Shown: positions 60,066 to 64,000 of the stretch, piece after piece
Numbering within the stretch: position 1 is the first letter of the stretch
Layout: each line of letters opens with the position of its first letter
Sequence record: PP216085
Length of the DNA stretch: 64,000 bases
Origin: Escherichia phage vB_EcoM_HZ_ZJUN4
Strand: one strand, 5' to 3'
Program-made: the position numbers and the translations under genes
The notes under the pieces: generated by a model
The model's database searches: none
What the model saw: the letters and a program-made list of their open reading frames with translations, nothing else
What the model was told of the DNA's origin: nothing

Positions 60066-60118
60066 TACTTTATCTTTAACCAGTGAGGAAAATATAATGA
60101 TGCCTATGGAAAAAATGA

Positions 60119-61300
60119 ATGTCTATTGCAGATTTAAAATCCCGTTTGATTAAAGCTTCCACTTCTAAAATGACTGCTGAACTGACTACATCTAAATTCT
60201 TTAATGAAAAGGATGTAATCCGTACAAAAATCCCAATGCTTAATATCGCTATTTCAGGTGCGATTGACGGTGGTATGCAGTCTGGTTTAACCATTTTTGC
60301 AGGTCCTTCTAAACACTTTAAATCAAATATGTCTTTGACTATGGTTGCGGCGTATTTGAACAAATATCCTGACGCGGTATGTCTATTTTATGATAGCGAA
60401 TTTGGTATTACTCCAGCTTATTTGCGATCCATGGGAGTTGACCCGGAACGAGTAATTCATACACCAATCCAGTCAGTTGAACAACTGAAAATTGATATGG
60501 TGAATCAGCTTGAAGCTATTGAGCGCGGTGAAAAAGTTATTGTATTCATCGACTCAATCGGTAATATGGCTTCTAAGAAAGAAACGGAAGATGCCTTGAA
60601 TGAAAAATCTGTGGCAGATATGACTCGTGCTAAATCACTGAAGTCATTATTCCGTATTGTTACTCCTTATTTTAGCATTAAAAATATTCCATGCGTTGCG
60701 GTTAACCATACAATTGAAACAATTGAAATGTTTAGTAAAACCGTGATGACAGGTGGTACAGGCGTAATGTATTCGGCTGATACTGTATTCATTATCGGTA
60801 AGCGTCAGATTAAAGATGGTTCTGATCTTCAGGGGTATCAATTTGTTCTAAATGTAGAAAAATCTCGTACCGTTAAAGAAAAAAGTAAATTCTTTATTGA
60901 TGTTAAATTTGACGGTGGTATCGATCCTTATTCTGGATTGTTAGATATGGCTCTTGAATTAGGATTTGTGGTAAAACCTAAAAATGGCTGGTATGCTCGT
61001 GAATTTCTTGATGAAGAAACCGGCGAGATGATTCGTGAAGAAAAATCTTGGCGTGCAAAAGATACCAATTGCACTACATTCTGGGGTCCTTTATTTAAGC
61101 ATCAACCATTCCGAGATGCTATTAAACGTGCTTATCAGTTAGGTGCTATTGATAGTAATGAAATTGTTGAAGCTGAAGTTGATGAATTGATTAACTCAAA
61201 GGTTGAAAAATTTAAATCTCCAGAAAGTAAAAGTAAATCAGCAGCTGATTTAGAAACTGACCTAGAACAGTTAAGTGATATGGAAGAATTTAATGAATAA
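60119..61300 (+). CDS. uvsX: RecA-like recombinase UvsX (393 aa)
   Basis: Walker A GPSKHFKS; extensive identity to T4 UvsX as recalled (including C-terminus ...DLETDLEQLSDMEEFNE). Confidence 0.96.
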   Translation: MSIADLKSRLIKASTSKMTAELTTSKFFNEKDVIRTKIPMLNIAISGAIDGGMQSGLTIFAGPSKHFKSNMSLTMVAAYLNKYPDAVCLFYDSEFGITPAYLRSMGVDPERVIHTPIQSVEQLKIDMVNQLEAIERGEKVIVFIDSIGNMASKKETEDALNEKSVADMTRAKSLKSLFRIVTPYFSIKNIPCVAVNHTIETIEMFSKTVMTGGTGVMYSADTVFIIGKRQIKDGSDLQGYQFVLNVEKSRTVKEKSKFFIDVKFDGGIDPYSGLLDMALELGFVVKPKNGWYAREFLDEETGEMIREEKSWRAKDTNCTTFWGPLFKHQPFRDAIKRAYQLGAIDSNEIVEAEVDELINSKVEKFKSPESKSKSAADLETDLEQLSDMEEFNE

Positions 61301-61637
61301 AGATGATTTAGATTTAGATCTAGAAATTATCGACGAATCCCCCTCTTCGGAGGGGGAAGAAGAAAGAAAAGAACGTCTTTTTAATGAATCTCTTAAGATA
61401 ATTAAATCTGCCATGGAAAATGTTATCCAGGAGATTGTCATTAAACTAGAAGATGGTTCTACACACATTGTGTATGTGACAAAATTAGATTGGGTTGATG
61501 GAAAAGTCGTAATGGACTTTGCTGTTCTTGACCAAGAAAGAAAAGCTGAGTTAGCTCCTCATGTAGAAAAATGTATTACAATGCAACTACAAGATGCATT
61601 TAATAAAAGGTCAAAGAAAAAATTTAAATTCTTTTAA
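61293..61637 (+). CDS. 40: head vertex assembly chaperone gp40 (114 aa)
   Basis: ATG overlapping the uvsX end; MNKDDLDLDLEIIDESPSS... Confidence 0.85.
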   Translation: MNKDDLDLDLEIIDESPSSEGEEERKERLFNESLKIIKSAMENVIQEIVIKLEDGSTHIVYVTKLDWVDGKVVMDFAVLDQERKAELAPHVEKCITMQLQDAFNKRSKKKFKFF

Positions 61638-61646
61638 GGAGTAAGT

Positions 61647-63074
61647 GTGGTAGAAATTATTCTTTCTCATCTCATATTTGATCAAGCTTATTTTTCAAAA
61701 GTTTGGCCATATATGGATTCAGAATATTTTGAAAGTGGTCCAGCTAAAAATACATTCAAATTAATTAAATCACATGTTAATGAGTATCATAGCGTTCCAT
61801 CTATTAATGCGTTAAATGTTGCATTAGAAAATAGTTCATTTACTGAAACAGAATATTCTGGTGTAAAAACACTTATTTCAAAACTAACCGATTCTCCGGA
61901 AGACCACAGCTGGTTAGTAAAAGAAACAGAAAAATATGTTCAGCAAAGGGCGATGTTTAACGCCACATCTAAAATAATTGAAATTCAAACCAATGCTGAG
62001 CTTCCTCCAGAAAAACGAAATAAGAAAATGCCGGATGTAGGTGCTATTCCTGACATCATGCGCCAAGCATTATCAATTTCATTTGATAGTTACGTTGGTC
62101 ATGATTGGATGGATGACTATGAAGCACGTTGGCTATCTTATATGAATAAAGCTCGTAAGGTTCCATTTAAACTCAAAATTCTAAATAAAATTACTAAAGG
62201 CGGAGCTGAGACTGGAACACTGAACGTTTTAATGGCTGGTGTTAACGTTGGTAAGTCATTAGGTCTATGTTCATTGGCAGCAGATTATTTGCAGCTCGGT
62301 CATAATGTTCTTTACATTTCAATGGAAATGGCAGAAGAAGTCTGTGCTAAACGTATTGACGCTAATATGCTTGACGTTTCTCTTGATGACATTGATGATG
62401 GGCATATTTCTTACGCTGAATATAAAGGAAAAATGGAAAAATGGCGTGAGAAATCTACTCTCGGTCGTTTAATCGTTAAACAGTATCCTACTGGTGGTGC
62501 AGACGCTAATACATTTCGTTCTCTTTTGAACGAATTGAAGCTCAAGAAGAATTTTGTTCCAACAATCATTATTGTTGACTATCTAGGTATTTGTAAATCT
62601 TGTCGCATCAGAGTTTACTCAGAAAATAGTTACACAACTGTTAAAGCTATCGCAGAGGAATTGCGTGCTCTGGCTGTTGAAACCGAAACTGTTCTTTGGA
62701 CTGCAGCACAGGTTGGTAAGCAGGCTTGGGATTCTTCTGATGTTAACATGAGCGATATTGCAGAATCCGCCGGTCTTCCAGCAACAGCCGATTTTATGCT
62801 TGCGGTCATTGAAACCGAGGAGTTAGCAGCTGCTGAACAACAACTCATTAAGCAAATCAAATCACGATATGGTGATAAGAATAAATGGAATAAGTTTTTG
62901 ATGGGTGTTCAAAAAGGAAATCAAAAATGGGTAGAAATTGAGCAAGATTCTACTCCAACCGAAGTGAACGAAGTAGCAGGTTCACAGCAGATTCAGGCTG
63001 AGCAGAATCGCTATCAAAGAAACGAATCTACTCGAGCCCAGTTAGATGCTTTGGCAAATGAATTAAAATTTTAG
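61647..63074 (+). CDS. 41: replicative DNA helicase gp41 (475 aa), GTG start
   Basis: DnaB-like: Walker A GVNVGKS, Walker B IIIVDYLG; GTG start 6 nt after AAGGAG. Confidence 0.94.
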   Translation: MVEIILSHLIFDQAYFSKVWPYMDSEYFESGPAKNTFKLIKSHVNEYHSVPSINALNVALENSSFTETEYSGVKTLISKLTDSPEDHSWLVKETEKYVQQRAMFNATSKIIEIQTNAELPPEKRNKKMPDVGAIPDIMRQALSISFDSYVGHDWMDDYEARWLSYMNKARKVPFKLKILNKITKGGAETGTLNVLMAGVNVGKSLGLCSLAADYLQLGHNVLYISMEMAEEVCAKRIDANMLDVSLDDIDDGHISYAEYKGKMEKWREKSTLGRLIVKQYPTGGADANTFRSLLNELKLKKNFVPTIIIVDYLGICKSCRIRVYSENSYTTVKAIAEELRALAVETETVLWTAAQVGKQAWDSSDVNMSDIAESAGLPATADFMLAVIETEELAAAEQQLIKQIKSRYGDKNKWNKFLMGVQKGNQKWVEIEQDSTPTEVNEVAGSQQIQAEQNRYQRNESTRAQLDALANELKF

Positions 63075-63103
63075 TTTACAAGCTGACAGGACTATGGTAT
63101 AGT
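63074..63103 (+). promoter_or_regulatory. early promoter
   Basis: TAGTTTACAAG ... GGTATAGTAG. Confidence 0.6.
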
Positions 63104-63132
63104 AGTCTTGTTGGTTAAATGAGGAGATTGTT

Positions 63133-63315
63133 ATGGAATTGGTAAAGGTAGTTTTTATGGGGTGGTTTAAGAATGAAAGCATGTTTACTAAAGAAATCAC
63201 AATGATGAAAGACGACGTTCAATGGGCTACTACTCAATATGCTGAAGTTAATAAAGCATTAGTTAAAGCTTTCATTGATGACAAGAAAGTATGCGAAGTG
63301 GATTGCCGAGGATAA
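63133..63315 (+). CDS. hypothetical protein (60 aa)
   Basis: ORF after promoter with GAGGAGATTGTT ribosome-binding site. Confidence 0.5.
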   Translation: MELVKVVFMGWFKNESMFTKEITMMKDDVQWATTQYAEVNKALVKAFIDDKKVCEVDCRG

Positions 63316-63316
63316 T

Positions 63317-63571
63317 ATGCACATTGTTTTATTTAAACCTACTCCATACAGTGAATCATACTGTGTTAGGAAAAATACAAAATTTAAATTACCTATTTCA
63401 TCCGCATGGGAATTGGTATTAGATATTCCAGCAGAAGAAAGCCCTCCATTCGGTCGAGTGGAATTTATTGAGTTTGTTGTACGTCCTACGAAGCGACAGA
63501 TTCGCCAATGCAAAAGATACTTTCGTAAAATAGTCAAGTTAGAGAAACAGTTACTGATGCTAGTAAAATAG
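63317..63571 (+). CDS. hypothetical protein (84 aa)
   Basis: Internal ATG after GAGGATAAT; basic C-terminus. Confidence 0.5.
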   Translation: MHIVLFKPTPYSESYCVRKNTKFKLPISSAWELVLDIPAEESPPFGRVEFIEFVVRPTKRQIRQCKRYFRKIVKLEKQLLMLVK

Positions 63572-63573
63572 TA

Positions 63574-63604
63574 GTTTACAAGCTGATAGAGTTGTGTTAT
63601 AGTA
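63574..63604 (+). promoter_or_regulatory. early promoter
   Basis: TAGTTTACAAG ... GTTATAGTAAT. Confidence 0.6.
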
Positions 63605-63634
63605 ATTCTATCAGCTAATCGCGGAGAAAAGAAA

Positions 63635-63889
63635 ATGATGCTAGTTAATAGAGAATATCAGTTTAAATCAGAAGAAGATTTGGAAAAATTCGCAAGTGGT
63701 TGTGAACTGAATAGACGCACAGCTAAAGTCATAGGATTAAAACCCTTTACAGTTCTAGATTGTGAAGTTTCTAAATTCCGCAGAGGGTGTTCTATTAGCG
63801 GTCATGCTCTGGTTGATGGGAACACATTTTTCTTTGTTTTTAGCGTCAGAGAACTTTTATTGATTAACGAACTTGAGGAAATAAAATAG
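63635..63889 (+). CDS. hypothetical protein (84 aa)
   Basis: ORF after promoter and GGAGAAAAGAAA ribosome-binding site. Confidence 0.5.
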   Translation: MMLVNREYQFKSEEDLEKFASGCELNRRTAKVIGLKPFTVLDCEVSKFRRGCSISGHALVDGNTFFFVFSVRELLLINELEEIK

Positions 63890-63918
63890 TTTACTTTTGT
63901 TGGAAATTGAGATACTAT
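63889..63918 (+). promoter_or_regulatory. early promoter
   Basis: TAGTTTAC ... GAGATACTAT. Confidence 0.6.
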
Positions 63919-63947
63919 ATAAACATAAACTACTGAGGAGATTATCA

Positions 63948-64000
63948 TGAAAAAATTTGTTTTTGCTGCAATTTTTGCTTTGACTTCTTGTGCTGCTCAG
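63948..64000 (+). CDS. lipoprotein, N-terminal fragment (continues past window end)
   Basis: MKKFVFAAIFALTSCAAQ: signal peptide with lipobox LTSC after GAGGAGATTATC ribosome-binding site. Confidence 0.5.

Overview
This window is a T-even (T4-like, Tevenvirinae) phage segment, in reverse-complement orientation relative to the usual T4 map. It runs from the baseplate genes 7-6-5.4-5.1-5-53 (minus strand) through genes 4-2-3-1-57A-57B(Acb1)-ipI, a 10-tRNA array, ip-like cassettes, nudE, e (lysozyme), the vs/regB/tk/rI region, a long accessory block up to nrdC, then 49-nrdD-(HNH)-nrdG-nrdH-55-a-gt-47-46-rpbA-45-44-62-regA-43-imm-42-(GIY-YIG seg)-(glycosyltransferase)-uvsX-40-41, all on the plus strand. 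Core proteins match T4 closely but not identically from memory (lysozyme differs at about 2 residues). denV is absent, nrdD has no intron, and a 280-aa non-beta-gt protein sits at the beta-gt locus, so this is probably a T2/T6-like relative rather than T4 itself (inference). The best candidates for an undescribed system are in the accessory blocks: extra capsid-targeted internal-protein cassettes flanked by identical terminator repeats, a macrodomain protein, a Pol-beta-type nucleotidyltransferase next to a P-loop ATPase, a tandem array of four diverged ~300-aa proteins sharing only a C-terminal coiled coil, and a P-loop NTPase pair where denV is expected. None of these could be confirmed by database search here. 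Hand-derived coordinates (tRNAs, promoters, terminators, internal starts) may be off by 1-2 nt.
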